NCBI RefSeq assembly: GCF_001194135.2
Contig: NC_068994.1
Location: 49,319,536-49,380,406, forward strand
Direction of reading: 5' to 3'
DNA: 60,871 bases
Source of the DNA: Octopus bimaculoides
Taxonomy: Eukaryota
The notes under the pieces are model-generated. The model was not told the DNA's origin. It searched no databases and saw only the letters and a list, made by a program, of their open reading frames with translations. Below are positions 25,247 to 37,416 of this stretch, one piece after another. Numbering within the stretch: position 1 is the stretch's first letter; every line of letters begins with the position of its first letter. The translations under genes and the position numbers were made by a program.

Positions 25247-26331
25247 TTATCTATCTATCTATATCTAAGTATGTATGTCTTTTTCAATATGTCTGTTTAT
25301 CTGCCTCTCCGTCTGTCTGTCTGTCCGTCCGTCTGTCTGTCTGTCCGTCTGTCTGTCTTTATATATGTATGTATGTACGTATGAATGTATACATGTACCT
25401 TGCCATATATGGAAATGTGGTAGCGGGAGGCACTTCTAGCAATCTATTGAAAATGTATTTACAGGAGCGTTCTTGTCAGTAATCAGAAATCGGAACGTTT
25501 TTCATGGCGTTTATCACATGAATTAGACATCACTTTCCTGTATATTTATTGTAGTTTAGTTTATTAATTAAAAACAAATTAAAATAAAATAAATCAAACG
25601 CATTTTACGCAGAATCAGATTCCACAATCATTACCAGTTTATAACCAATTATTCACGATTAATTGTTTCCCTTTCACTTTGATTTAAAGTCGTCTCTTCT
25701 ATATAGCCGCCATCTTCTATGTACAACGTTCGAAAAGTTGTTACACATGCATTTATACACACACGCATAAACATGCACAAACACGTACACAGACACTGAC
25801 ACATATACCTATAGGTATAAAATTATGTATGTATGAATGTACGTATGTATGTATATATATNNNNNNNNNNNNNNNNNNNNNNNNNNNNNNNNNNNNNNNN
25901 NNNNNNNNNNNNNNNNNNNNNNNNNNNNNNNNNNNNNNNNNNNNNNNNNNNNNNNNNNNNNNNNNNNNNNNNNNNNNNNNNNNNNNNNNNNNNNNNNNNN
26001 NNNNNNNNNNNNNNNNNNNNNNNNNNNNNNNNNNNNNNNNNNNNNNNNNNNNNNNNNNNNNNNNNNNNNNNNNNNNNNNNNNNNNNNNNNNNNNNNNNNN
26101 NNNNNNNNNNNNNNNNNNNNNNNNNNNNNNNNNNNNNNNNNNNNNNNNNNNNNNNNNNNNNNNNNNNNNNNNNNNNNNNNNNNNNNNNNNNNNNNNNNNN
26201 NNNNNNNNNNNNNNNNNNNNNNNNNNNNNNNNNNNNNNNNNNNNNNNNNNNNNNNNNNNNNNNNNNNNNNNNNNNNNNNNNNNNNNNNNNNNNNNNNNNN
26301 NNNNNNNNNNNNNNNNNNNNNNNNNNNNNNT

Positions 26332-26565
26332 ATTGTCAAACTCCATTTCATGCACAGTCATCTTGATAGATTCCCTAAGAACCTAGGAACAGTAAGTGAC
26401 GAACAAGGCGAGCGGTTCCAGCAGAACCTCAAGACCATAGAAGAGCGTTACCAAGGAAGATTGGACAATCATATGATGGCAGACTACTACTGGAGCATTA
26501 AGAGAGATTGCCATGAGATAGTCCACGAGTACAAGAGCTTCAACCGCAAATTCCTGCATGAATAG
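26332..26565 (+). pseudogene. DNA transposase C-terminal fragment, Chapaev3/CMC-like
   Basis: IVKLHFMHSHLDRFPKNLGTVSDEQGERFQQNLKTIEERYQGRLDNHMMADYYWSIKRD matches the K.HFLHSHLD.FP.NLG.VSDEQGERFHQD...ME.RYQG.W...M.ADYCW motif I associate with Chapaev3 transposases; the 5' part is lost in the gap. Confidence 0.75.
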
Positions 26566-26871
26566 ACTGCAATCGAGCTTTGCCTCCTCATATTAATTAA
26601 TGTCTTATTTATCAATCAGTTTTATATAAACTATAACTTTTCCTTTTTAGGGAAAACGTTTCACATTGTGTTCTTGAATAAATTTATACTATCTTGCATA
26701 TTCTCTTTGATTACCCAGCTAATACAAAGAGAGTTTAATCTGATATATCTCCCGATAGACTATGACGTCAATGCGATGAAGGGGAAGTTTTGAGATTTCA
26801 AAATACCTTGATTGCCAAAAAATTAATGCATTTAGTTAAATAACGAGCTTCAGATCTGAAATTTGTGCTCT

Positions 26872-27138
26872 CAGATTTGGTTATACCAAGTGTTGATATC
26901 AGATTTGGTTATACCAAGTGTTGATATCAGATTTGGTTATACCAAGTGTTGATATCAGATTTGGTTATACCAGGTGTTGATACNNNNNNNNNNNNNNNNN
27001 NNNNNNNNNNNNNNNNNNNNNNNNCTCAGATTTGGTTATACCAAGTGTTGATATCAGATTTGGTTATACCAAGTGTTGATATCAGATTTGGTTATACCAA
27101 GTGTTGATATCAGATTTGGTTATACCAGGTGTTGATAC
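26872..27138 (+). repeat. 28-bp tandem repeat CAGATTTGGTTATACCAAGTGTTGATAT
   Basis: Units start at 26872, 26900, 26928, 26956, then after the gap at 27027, 27055, 27083, 27111. Confidence 0.97.
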
Positions 27139-27332
27139 GAAAAATTTGTTGACCAGTGTTATTCATTAATCAATATATATACAAACATACACAAATATAT
27201 ATATATATANNNNNNNNNNNNNNNNNNNNNNNNNNNNNNNNNNNNNNNNNNNNNNNNNNNNNNNNNNNNNNNNNNNNNNNNNNNNNNNNNNNNNNNNNNN
27301 NNNNNNNNNNNNNNNNNNNNNNNNNNNNNNNN

Positions 27333-27595
27333 ATATATATATGTATATAGGTGTGTATGTGTGTGTGTGTGTGTTTGTTTGTGTGTCTGTGTTTGTACCC
27401 CCAACATCGCTTGACAACCCATGCTGGTGTGTTTACGTCCCCGTAACTTAGCGGTTCGGCAAAAGTGACCAATAGAATAAGTACTAGGTGTCCAAAGAAT
27501 AAGTCCTGCGGGGCGATTTGCTCGACTAAGGGTCGTGCTCCAGCATGGCCGCAGTCAAATGACTGAAACAAGTAAAAGAGTAAAAGAGTAAAGAG

Positions 27596-27596
<1 letters not shown>
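27333..27596 (+). mobile_element. SINE-B 3' half
   Basis: ATCGCTTGACAACC...GGTTCGGCAAAAG...CAGCATGGCCGCAGTCAAATGACTGAAACAA(GTAAAAGA)n. Confidence 0.92.
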
Positions 27597-27626
<30 letters not shown>

Positions 27627-28265
27627 CTATATGTGTATGTGTGTGTGTGTATATATATATACATATATAAATATTTATGTGTTTGTGTGTATCTGTACAT
27701 GTGGAACTAAGCCAAACATACCACAGATATATACGCACAAGCGTCATCTAAATGTAACTGACAGCATTCGGTATTCATTTAAGAGTTTAAATAGTTTAGA
27801 TTTATTCAACCATAATAATATTGCAGCTAAACAGAATTAAAATTGTTAGTACTACAGTCGTGTTGGTGTTGTTAGTGTCACTAATGCCACCGTTACGAAT
27901 TCTGCAGCTGCTGCTGCGGCTACTGCTGCTGTTGCTGTTATGTTTTTCATGAACATTTTCGTCCATTCTTTGAATTTTTATTGATTTGTCGCCAAAGTGT
28001 TGTTTTCAATTCAAATCTAAAGAATTTTGTATGTCGTATTGTTCTATAGACCAATTCCATACGAAAATTCTAACCACGCACAGACTGATACTTTTATTTA
28101 CATACCCGTCAGCACATACACACACAAACGTACAATACTTACAGAGACATATACAATAAGTACACACCCGCTCGTACCTATCTTAAAATATGTGCAGAGA
28201 TATATAGATTTACTATTTCAAGATCTCAATTATATCCATGATTATGTTGTTGGTATGCGTGTATT

Positions 28266-28311
<46 letters not shown>

Positions 28312-29284
28312 TGTGTGTGTGCGTATGTGTCCGTACGTATGTAGGTATGTATGTGTGTGTATACATATAAATATATAATTAATTTAGGCAGCAGTAATAT
28401 ANNNNNNNNNNNNNNNNNNNNNNNNNNNNNNNNNNNNNNNNNNNNNNNNNNNNNNNNNNNNNNNNNNNNNNNNNNNNNNNNNNNNNNNNNNNNNNNNNNN
28501 NNNNNNNNNNNNNNNNNNNNNNNNNNNNNNNNNNNNNNNNNNNNNNNNNNNNNNNNNNNNNNNNNNNNNNNNNNNNNNNNNNNNNNNNNNNNNNNNNNNN
28601 NNNNNNNNNNNNNNNNNNNNNNNNNNNNNNNNNNNNNNNNNNNNNNNNNNNNNNNNNNNNNNNNNNNNNNNNNNNNNNNNNNNNNNNNNNNNNNNNNNNN
28701 NNNNNNNNNNNNNNNNNNNNNNNNNNNNNNNNNNNNNNNNNNNNNNNNNNNNNNNNNNNNNNNNNNNNNNNNNNNNNNNNNNNNNNNNNNNNNNNNNNNN
28801 NNNNNNNNNNNNNNNNNNNNNNNNNNNNNNNNNNNNNNNNNNNNNNNNNNNNNNNNNNNNNNNNNNNNNNNNNNNNNNNNNNNNNNNNNNNNNNNNNNNN
28901 NNNNNNNNNNNNNNNNNNNNNNNNNNNNNNNNNNNNNNNNNNNNNNNNNNNNNNNNNNNNNNNNNNNNNNNNNNNNNNNNNNNNNNNNNNNNNNNNNNNN
29001 NNNNNNNNNNNNNNNNNNNNNNNNNNNNNNNNNNNNNNNNNNNNNNNNNNNNNNNNNNNNNNNNNNNNNNNNNNNNNNNNNNNNNNNNNNNNNNNNNNNN
29101 NNNNNNNNNNNNNNNNNNNNNNNNNAGAATCAACAAAATGTACTCTATCCAATAAGAGATAAATATCAATTCAAAGCACAACCGAAAGAGCTACTCATAG
29201 TTTCATGCTTTTATGATACTTGAATAGGCATATTTATGAAACACACCATTTATCACGAAATAATCTGAGGCTCGGTTTATGCGT

Positions 29285-29315
<31 letters not shown>

Positions 29316-29350
29316 AATGCTCTCACACACACATACACACACACACACAA

Positions 29351-29406
<56 letters not shown>

Positions 29407-29431
29407 GTGTGTGTATATATACATATATAAG

Positions 29432-29916
29432 TATTAACACTAATCCGATTATCTATATTTAGACCGATTATTTTAATTTAATTATTTTAATATATATATT
29501 TATATTTATATATATGTATGTATTTATCATAGGTCAGTAGGATACAGAAGAAATTTAATCGAATTACTGTAGCAGCTGAAATTTTAGTGGTCTTTACCTT
29601 TTAAAGTGGACCACTCTATCTTAATAGGAGCAATACTAGATTTCTTCAACTACCAAATGTACATAGAGAGACTGGTGGAAAATCTTTATATAGACTTCTT
29701 GATCTTTATATGTTTTGTACATTTTCTATGTGTACTTTGACAACTGTCAGAAAGAGAGCAGGTATTACGAGCTTTAGAGATAAAATCTGTAAATGGAGCA
29801 GGAAAATAGACGAGCGTTTCTTAAAGTTCGATATGTGCCAATAATCATTTTTTTTTCATCTAAGCTTCAGTGATGGATCTTTTGTTTCTTTATTAAAAAC
29901 CAGCTCTCTCTCTCTC

Positions 29917-29974
<58 letters not shown>

Positions 29975-30340
29975 CCTTCTTCTTCTTCTTCTTCTTCTTC
30001 TTCTTCTTCTTCTTCTTCTTCTTCTTCTTCTTCTTCTAGAAAATACATTGATAAATACAAAAAAATATATCTAGATGAGTGCATATATATGTCTGTGTAT
30101 ATATGNNNNNNNNNNNNNNNNNNNNNNNNNNNNNNNNNNNNNNNNNNNNNNNNNNNNNNNNNNNNNNNNNNNNNNNNNNNNNNNNNNNNNNNNNNNNNNN
30201 NNNNNNNNNNNNNNNNNNNNNNNNNNNNNNNNNNNNNNNNNNNNNNNNNNNNNNNNNNNNNNNNNNNNNNNNNNNNNNNNNNNNNNNNNNNNNNNNNNNN
30301 NNNNNNNNNNNNNNNNTATGTATATATATATATGTCACTA

Positions 30341-30414
<74 letters not shown>

Positions 30415-30563
30415 TAAATATATATATGTGCGTGTGTGTATGTGTGTATGTACGTGTGTGTGCACGCTTTGTCAGTGATTAAAAAGAACGAAGCAACAGA
30501 AAAGGATCAGGTAAACTACAAATCAAATCTATAACAGTGGCAACAACAAGAACAAGAACAATG

Positions 30564-30624
<61 letters not shown>

Positions 30625-30721
30625 TTATTATTTAGAGCGTAACAGTCGTAGCAACAAATACAATATAAATATTAACACTAATCGGATTATCTATATTTAG
30701 ACCGATTATTTTAATTTAATT
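29432..30721 (+). repeat. 52-bp direct repeat (29432-29483 and 30670-30721)
   Basis: TATTAACACTAATC(C/G)GATTATCTATATTTAGACCGATTATTTTAATTTAATT, 51 of 52 bases identical. Confidence 0.95.
29917..30037. repeat. (GTT)n-(TTC)n compound microsatellite
   Basis: Direct observation. Confidence 0.98.
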
Positions 30722-31099
30722 TCAGTTATATATATGTATGACTATGGGTTATTTATGACTATGTATGTATGTGCATGTGTGTGCATGCCTCTGTGTGTGT
30801 GTGTGTGCGTGTGTGTGCATACGCCACTCTGTGTATATGAATAAGCGTACGTGCTGTGTGTGCATTTAAATGCATGGTTACAGATTTTATATACCATAAA
30901 TCATTCTTATCTTTCTCCTTCATTATACATCTATCAATTATACATACACAGCCCTCCAAGGGGCACCTATACACCCACGCGATGGTACACCGTCAACTTG
31001 ACTCTAAGCGTGTGTAAGTATGTAAACTTTTGCATGTGTGTATGTGTATTTATATGTGTATATATAAGTGTGTGTGGTGTGTGGGAGTATGTGATATAG

Positions 31100-31264
31100 T
31101 TGTTCTGTATGACACAAATATTTACTCACATGTTCAATCGATACATACATACATACATACATACATACATACATACATACATACATACATACATACATAC
31201 GTATACATTAAACACATTTTCCAGTAATATGCATACGTATTCAGCGCTAAGTATATGTACGTAC

Positions 31265-31295
<31 letters not shown>

Positions 31296-31821
31296 TGTAT
31301 GTATGTATGCATGTACGTACGTATGCATGTATGTACATATGTATGTATATGTATGTGTGTATTTATGTTTGCGTCTGTCTGTAGGTATGTAGGTATGTAG
31401 GTATGTACGTCTGTATGTATGTGTATACGTTTGTGTCTGTCTGNNNNNNNNNNNNNNNNNNNNNNNNNNNNNNNNNNNNNNNNNNNNNNNNNNNNNNNNN
31501 NNNNNNNNNNNNNNNNNNNNNNNNNNNNNNNNNNNNNNNNNNNNNNNNNNNNNNNNNNNNNNNNNNNNNNNNNNNNNNNNNNNNNNNNNNNNNNNNNNNN
31601 NNNNNNNNNNNNNNNNNNNNNNNNNNNNNNNNNNNNNNNNNNNNNNNNNNNNNNNNNNNNNNNNNNNNNNNNNNNNNNNNNNNNNNNNNNNNNNNNNNNN
31701 NNNNNNNNNNNNNNNNNNNNNNNNNNNNNNNNNNNNNNNNNNNNNNNNNNNNNNNNNNNNNNNNNNATATGCGTGTATGCTTGTGTCTGACTATCTCGCT
31801 ATCTGTATGTACGTATGTACG

Positions 31822-31853
<32 letters not shown>

Positions 31854-31962
31854 TGTATGTATGTATGTATGTATGTTTGTATCTGTCTGTCTGTATTTAT
31901 GTATGTACGTACGTATGTTTGTATTATATATGTATGTATGTACGTGCGTGTGTGTATATTTG

Positions 31963-31993
<31 letters not shown>

Positions 31994-32200
31994 TTGTATA
32001 TATGTACGTACGTATGTATGTATACACGTGTGTGATGTATGTGTCTGTCTCTCTGTTTGTACGTATTATGTATGTATGTATGTATGTGAGTATGTTTGTA
32101 TCTGTATGTATGTGTTTGTATGTATATATGTATTCATACATACATATGAACATACATATATATATATAAAGTATATACATACACACATACATACATAGAG
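31100..32200. repeat. (ATGT)n/(ATAC)n degenerate tract around a gap
   Basis: Direct observation. Confidence 0.95.
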
Positions 32201-33576
32201 ACGATGTATAGACGATTGTATATTCATAACACGTTGTAAGTCTAACAGTATTATATTCTTTGTACAAATTCTGGACTAAGATTTTATTAAAAATATTCTT
32301 TGGCAACGCAGTAAAGTTGAATTATTCATACCCTTAGGGATCGCCTTAAAACACATATATAGTCGCTCCACGACTAGCTTACCCTTTTTTTTTATTAATG
32401 AATACATGTGCAGTACGAAACATTAAAAGGTATTGTTTAGGTATGAGAAACAATTTTATAATATATATATATATACATCAGCCGAAATTGCAAGGATAAT
32501 CTGGAACTCGACGGAGGAAAGAAAACCCTGAATGACCTGTCCTTGTTTTCTTTGTATCGTCTGTCTGGAAGTTTTGTGCCTTTCTTGTATCACCTAACGG
32601 TCTGGATGTTTTGCGTTCTCGTCCCATTCTGCATCATATATATATATATATATATANNNNNNNNNNNNNNNNNNNNNNNNNNNNNNNNNNNNNNNNNNNN
32701 NNNNNNNNNNNNNNNNNNNNNNNNNNNNNNNNNNNNNNNNNNNNNNNNNNNNNNNNNNNNNNNNNNNNNNNNNNNNNNNNNNNNNNNNNNNNNNNNNNNN
32801 NNNNNNNNNNNNNNNNNNNNNNNNNNNNNNNNNNNNNNNNNNNNNNNNNNNNNNNNNNNNNNNNNNNNNNNNNNNNNNNNNNCCCCCCCCCCCACACACA
32901 CACATTCATATATATATATATTTTAAATGTGTGTGTATTGTGTTTAAGTATGTATGCATTTACGTATGTCAGTGTCCACGTATGTATGTGTGTGCGTGTG
33001 TGCAGTTATATCTGATTAGCAATTATATCTACGATGTCGTGAGAGAGAAAAAAAAAGACATAACAAAATGACAGCTAGTAAAATAATATAACGGATAATA
33101 TATATCTTTGTCGATTGTTTAGGTTTCAATGTCGAACCGTAAAGACGAAGCGAGAAAAACAACGAAAAAAATAGCTAGGTGGAGAATGAAAGACGTAGAG
33201 ACGGACAGAGGGAGATAAAACATTAAGAGTGATTTATATCTAGAAAGATACATGGAAAAGAACGAGAGGGATAGGGCGGAAAACGTTATTTATATATATT
33301 TATAGGTAGAAAGTGGGAAGTTAAAATTATAATGATAGAATCGTAAAATAGTAAAGAAAAGAAAATGGTAGATGTCTGAATAGAGAAATAAAAATAACAT
33401 AAGAAAATTGGACAGTTGTAAATTAAGTTAAATGAATAAATAACAATATATTTGGAGCATAGTTGGTGGTTTAGATGTTAAGGTTAAATGGTGGGCGGTT
33501 TTGTGTTCTAAACCTTTTCATCGGATCTAATGTTTGTCTTATTATTGGTGATGTCTAAATAACCATCCAGATGACA

Positions 33577-33900
33577 AGCTGGCAGAAACGTTAGCACGTC
33601 CGACGAAATGCTTAACAGTATTTCGTCTGTTTAAGGCGGCGAGCTGGCAGAAACGTTAGCATACCGGAAGAAATGCTTAACAGTATTTCGTCTGTCTTTA
33701 CGTTCGCCGAGGTCGACTTTGCCTTTCATCCTTTCGGGGTCGATAAATTAAGTACCAGTTACACACTGGGGTCGAACTAATCGACTGGCCCCCTCCCCAG
33801 AAATTTCGGGCCTTGTGCCTTGAGTAGAAAAGAATTGTTAGCACGCCGAGCGAAGTGCTTAGAGGTATTTCGTCTGTCTTTACGTTCTGAGTTTAAATTC
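33577..33900 (+). mobile_element. Cluster of SINE-A pieces (truncated head, near-full copy, third head)
   Basis: Three GCAGAAACGTTAGCA/TTGTTAGCACG heads at about 33580, 33635 and 33835. Confidence 0.88.
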
Positions 33901-33903
33901 AGG

Positions 33904-34012
33904 AGGAGATCCAGTTTTGTTTTGAAGACACTACACCCACACCAGGTCTCTCAGGCATTTTGGAAGGATATTGAAGAGCTGTGGGCCCTTGAAGCCCAAA
34001 CTGTTGTATTTT
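33904..34012 (-). pseudogene. CR1/L2-group LINE ORF2 fragment
   Basis: Minus strand reads YNSLGFKGPQLFNILPKCLRDL, then after a frameshift VFKTKLDLL. Confidence 0.75.
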
Positions 34013-34085
34013 CTCGTCCTGTATTTTGCCCCCTTAGAAAAATATTTGACCCCAATCTATAAAATTGTTCTACTATGCTGCACCA

Positions 34086-34281
34086 CTATTTGAAACCTCC
34101 TCTGACATGTGGCATTTGGTGAATGAGGGAGTTTGATGCTGATGCTCTCATCAGTGTAGCCTGTCGTGGGGTTGGCTCATCTGGAACCCTTGACAGTAGG
34201 AGATCCAGTTTTGTTTTGAAAACGCCTACACCCACACCATGCAGGCCTCTCAGGCATTTTGGAAGGATACTGAAGAGCTGT
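34086..34281 (-). pseudogene. CR1/L2-group LINE ORF2 C-terminus
   Basis: QLFSILPKCLRGLHGVGVGVFKTKLDLLLSRVPDEPTPRQATLMRASASNSLIHQ fits the GP.LFN.LP...FK..LD..L..VPDEP end of CR1/L2/Jockey-group reverse transcriptase ORFs. Confidence 0.8.
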
Positions 34282-35090
34282 NNNNNNNNNNNNNNNNNNN
34301 NNNNNNNNNNNNNNNNNNNNNNNNNNNNNNNNNNNNNNNNNNNNNNNNNNNNNNNNNNNNNNNNNNNNNNNNNNNNNNNNNNNNNNNNNNNNNNNNNNNN
34401 NNNNNNNNNNNNNNNNNNNNNNNNNNNNNNNNNNNNNNNNNNNNNNNNNNNNNNNNNNNNNNNATATATATATATATATATATATATATAAACGGACATT
34501 TCCAACGCAAGTGCTATAGAACTTAAAAACCATGAATGCAAAACATTAAAAGGAACGAGCGAATTAAACGTATCGCACAGTAGTTATTGAATGTTATCGA
34601 AAACACGTTGCGAACGCATTAAGCAGAAAATAATAATATCCCAAGGAATAATAAATTTAGTATTGTAAATATATCGAATAATTAAATAACATAAACCAAT
34701 AGATGATGTTACCCAACAAGGCGTCGCATATACTTCAAACACGGAAGCATTATGAAACGAACCAGACATAAACTAACTGAAAAAACATAATAACTTTAAA
34801 TAACAGGTTTTAATCATCTTAAAATAAGGCTGCTTGGGAATAAACCAAAGAAGGCCGATATCTATGAAATGTAAACTTAAATTACTGAAAATAGTTTTTG
34901 GCAATATTTTAGATTACCTAGAAAACAATATAAATAATGTAGAATTGCCTAAATCACACAAATCGGGAATACTTAAACAAATACAATACAAATATAATAC
35001 AATACAAAACAAATATAATGGAAATACTAAATAAAAACGACACTAAATGTAAACCAACGGACTAATAGATCGCATTTTAACTCATTTTAG

Positions 35091-35320
35091 GCGGCGAGCT
35101 GGCAGAAGCGTTAGCACGCCGGGCAAAATGCTTAGCGGGATTTCGTCTGCCGTTACATTCTGAGTTCAAATTCCGGCGAGGTCGACTTTGCCTTTCATCC
35201 TTTCGGGGTCGATAAATTAAGTACCAGTTACACACTGGGGTCGATGTAATCGACTTAATCCCTTTGTCTGTCCTTGTTCGTCCCCTCTATGTTCAGACCC
35301 TTGTGGGCAATAAAGAAGTA
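35091..35320 (+). mobile_element. SINE-A, full length, tail type 1
   Basis: Near-identical to the 1969-2199 copy. Confidence 0.93.
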
Positions 35321-35944
35321 AGATCTCATTTTAACTATACATACATACATACATACATACATACAATAGTATATATAATAGTATAGTCAATCTCGTTTAA
35401 CTGCATCTTCTTCGTGATTGAAATTTTTGTGTAGTTGGCCAGAGTATTCAATTAGCTCAATTCGTATAGGTAGTGATACTTTACGAGATTTCAGTATATT
35501 TTCAATAGAAGTAAGCTAATGTGACTATGCTACCACAATGAGCAACATATATTAAAACAAGAATAAAATGGCTTCCATTTAATTAGAATACGTTTTGTGT
35601 ACCCAAAATTTCTTTCTTTCTCATCTAATTTAAGCTGACTTTTGTTATTAATATATATCACCTACACAATCACTTGAATTGTACCAAATAAGATGGTTTT
35701 ATTTTCCCCAATCTTTTGGCTGTTCTTCAATTACTGAAGCTTAGCCAGATTAACACGTTTCGATAATAAATTTCACACAATTTGAGTTACTTAACAATAA
35801 CAACTAGTGACATAAGGATTAAGCTTTTTATTATTTCTACTGGAATACATTGAATTCGATTCAATGAATTCTGACAATAGTGACGAATTTCATAAAATAA
35901 CTTTGTCATTATTAAGCTGGTTATTTAAACATATTTAAGGTAAG

Positions 35945-36570
35945 CATTTGTGTGTCTTTGAATGCAGGAGTCGAGGTCTCATCAGGCGGTGAAATAGCTC
36001 TTTAGTTGTTTCGGTCCCTTCCAACGCGGCACCAGAGCTGTGTGGAGTCACCCACCGATGTAGGCAACAAAACACCCATTCAAGAGCACAAGTTTTGTTG
36101 AGTTAGATGTTGTGACTCTTAGCCAGATGTTTCTACCATCCGTAATGCTCGTTCTTGCCACACAACTTATCTCCCTTGAGCCAAATGTTATGGTTTGCTT
36201 TCACAGCAGCTTCTGACAATTTTCGGCAAATTCTTTTCTCTCTTTCGTAACTAGTCCAAGGCACCTCAGCGTCTTGTAAGCCCCGGTTCCAACAAACCCA
36301 ATAACACTTATCACTACAGGAAGGTATTTTGCCGTCCATCCACTGTTTTTATAGAGTTCAACCAATGCAGTGTATTTTCTGTCTTTCATGAAAAAGCGAC
36401 TTCAATGTTCGCTTCACGGGGAACGGCTAGTTCTACCAAAGTTATATATTATATCACTTTATACAGGAAGTTTGTATAGCAGAGCCAGGAAACAGTCAAA
36501 GACAGTCGATATCAGGAAGGTTTAAAGAATAGTCGTTTAGGTTGGCGACAAGCTAATGTTGCCAACATAA
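35945..36570 (-). mobile_element. 3' end of an RLE-encoding non-LTR retrotransposon (HERO/NeSL-like)
   Basis: Frameshifted ITLVELAVPREANIEVAF / RKYTALVELYKNSGWTAKYLPVVISVIGFVG...LRCLG / RKLSEAAVKANHNIWLK matches the ELTVPWE....AHERK..KY..L...GW....P.E.G.RGF...WL pattern of restriction-like endonucleases; a 3' UTR follows. Confidence 0.8.
35973..36039 (-). ncRNA. Hammerhead-like motif with pseudoknotted strand order, degenerate
   Basis: GGUG-CC-GCGUUGGA-A-GGGACC-GAAA-CAAC-(11 nt)-UUCACCGC-CUGAUGA-GACCUC; stem I pairs at 7 of 8 positions. Confidence 0.35.
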
Positions 36571-37348
36571 AGAAGGCAGTGAAATAACAGCATCTATTCA
36601 CAGTTGGATCCGAAATCAGCTGTATAGAAATGTTCTCTACAATGAAAATGTATTTATTGAAATAATTTTGTTACCAAACTAAAAATAACATTCAAACGAC
36701 ACCGGAATTTTAATTAAATTAATCTAAATGGTAAGAATAATTTGAAAATTTCCATCTCTTTTGACATCGTTTGTTTGTAAATAGAAAATGTTGACCTTTC
36801 ATGAAATCGGAAACATTCAGAATCACTTTATTCAAAATAAATGAAATAAATGTAGGATTTTATGCTAAATTTTTCCATTGTTTTCCTGGAAATGAAAAAA
36901 AAAATCTCATTATTATATATGCACGAGTAATTTATTTTGTTTGTTAACTAAAGAGTCGAAAAATAAAAGTATTCGATTAACCGAAACCGGTATTATTCGC
37001 ATATGCAATTAACTGATTAGTTTTATACAGAGCTAATGGTAAGTAGTTCGGAGTTGTGGAATTTATGCAGTTAAACGAATTATCCAATTATCTGTTAATG
37101 ACATCTAGCAGAATCCGTCGTTATGTATTGTGTATGTGTACAAATACTGATGCTTGTGCAAATAATTACATGCAATTTCAACCATACATGCATACATATA
37201 TACATACATGCATGCATGTATTCATGCATTATTACACATATGCATACACACGCATATAGGTGCACTCCTACATACATGCAGCAGTGCATACGTACAACGT
37301 ACGCTTTAATAAAGACAAATTTCCAACGTGAGCTAAGGGGCGAGAAAT

Positions 37349-37416
37349 AGACAGAGAGTTAGACAGAGAGTTAGACAGAGAGTTAGACAGAGAGTTAGAC
37401 AGAGAGTTAGACAGAG
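37349..37416. repeat. 12-bp minisatellite AGACAGAGAGTT, about 5.7 copies
   Basis: Perfect units at 37349, 37361, 37373, 37385 and 37397. Confidence 0.97.

Larger units (their letters stand above)
26332..27158 (+). mobile_element. Right portion of a Chapaev3-like DNA transposon
   Basis: Transposase stop, subterminal array, then ...AAAAATTTGTTGACCAGTG|TTA; a CAC...GTG terminus with a TWA flank fits Chapaev3 as I recall it. Confidence 0.6.

Noticed and set aside
26872-27138. CRISPR-like appearance of the 28-bp array
   Set aside because: Units are contiguous with no spacers, in a eukaryotic transposon context.
29593-29786. Minus-strand TTTACAG acceptor and AAG|GTAAAG donor pair
   Set aside because: All three frames between them contain stops.
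34490-35030. AT-rich stretch that might be a decayed Penelope or L1 ORF
   Set aside because: Many stops and no GIY-YIG or RT motif could be read.
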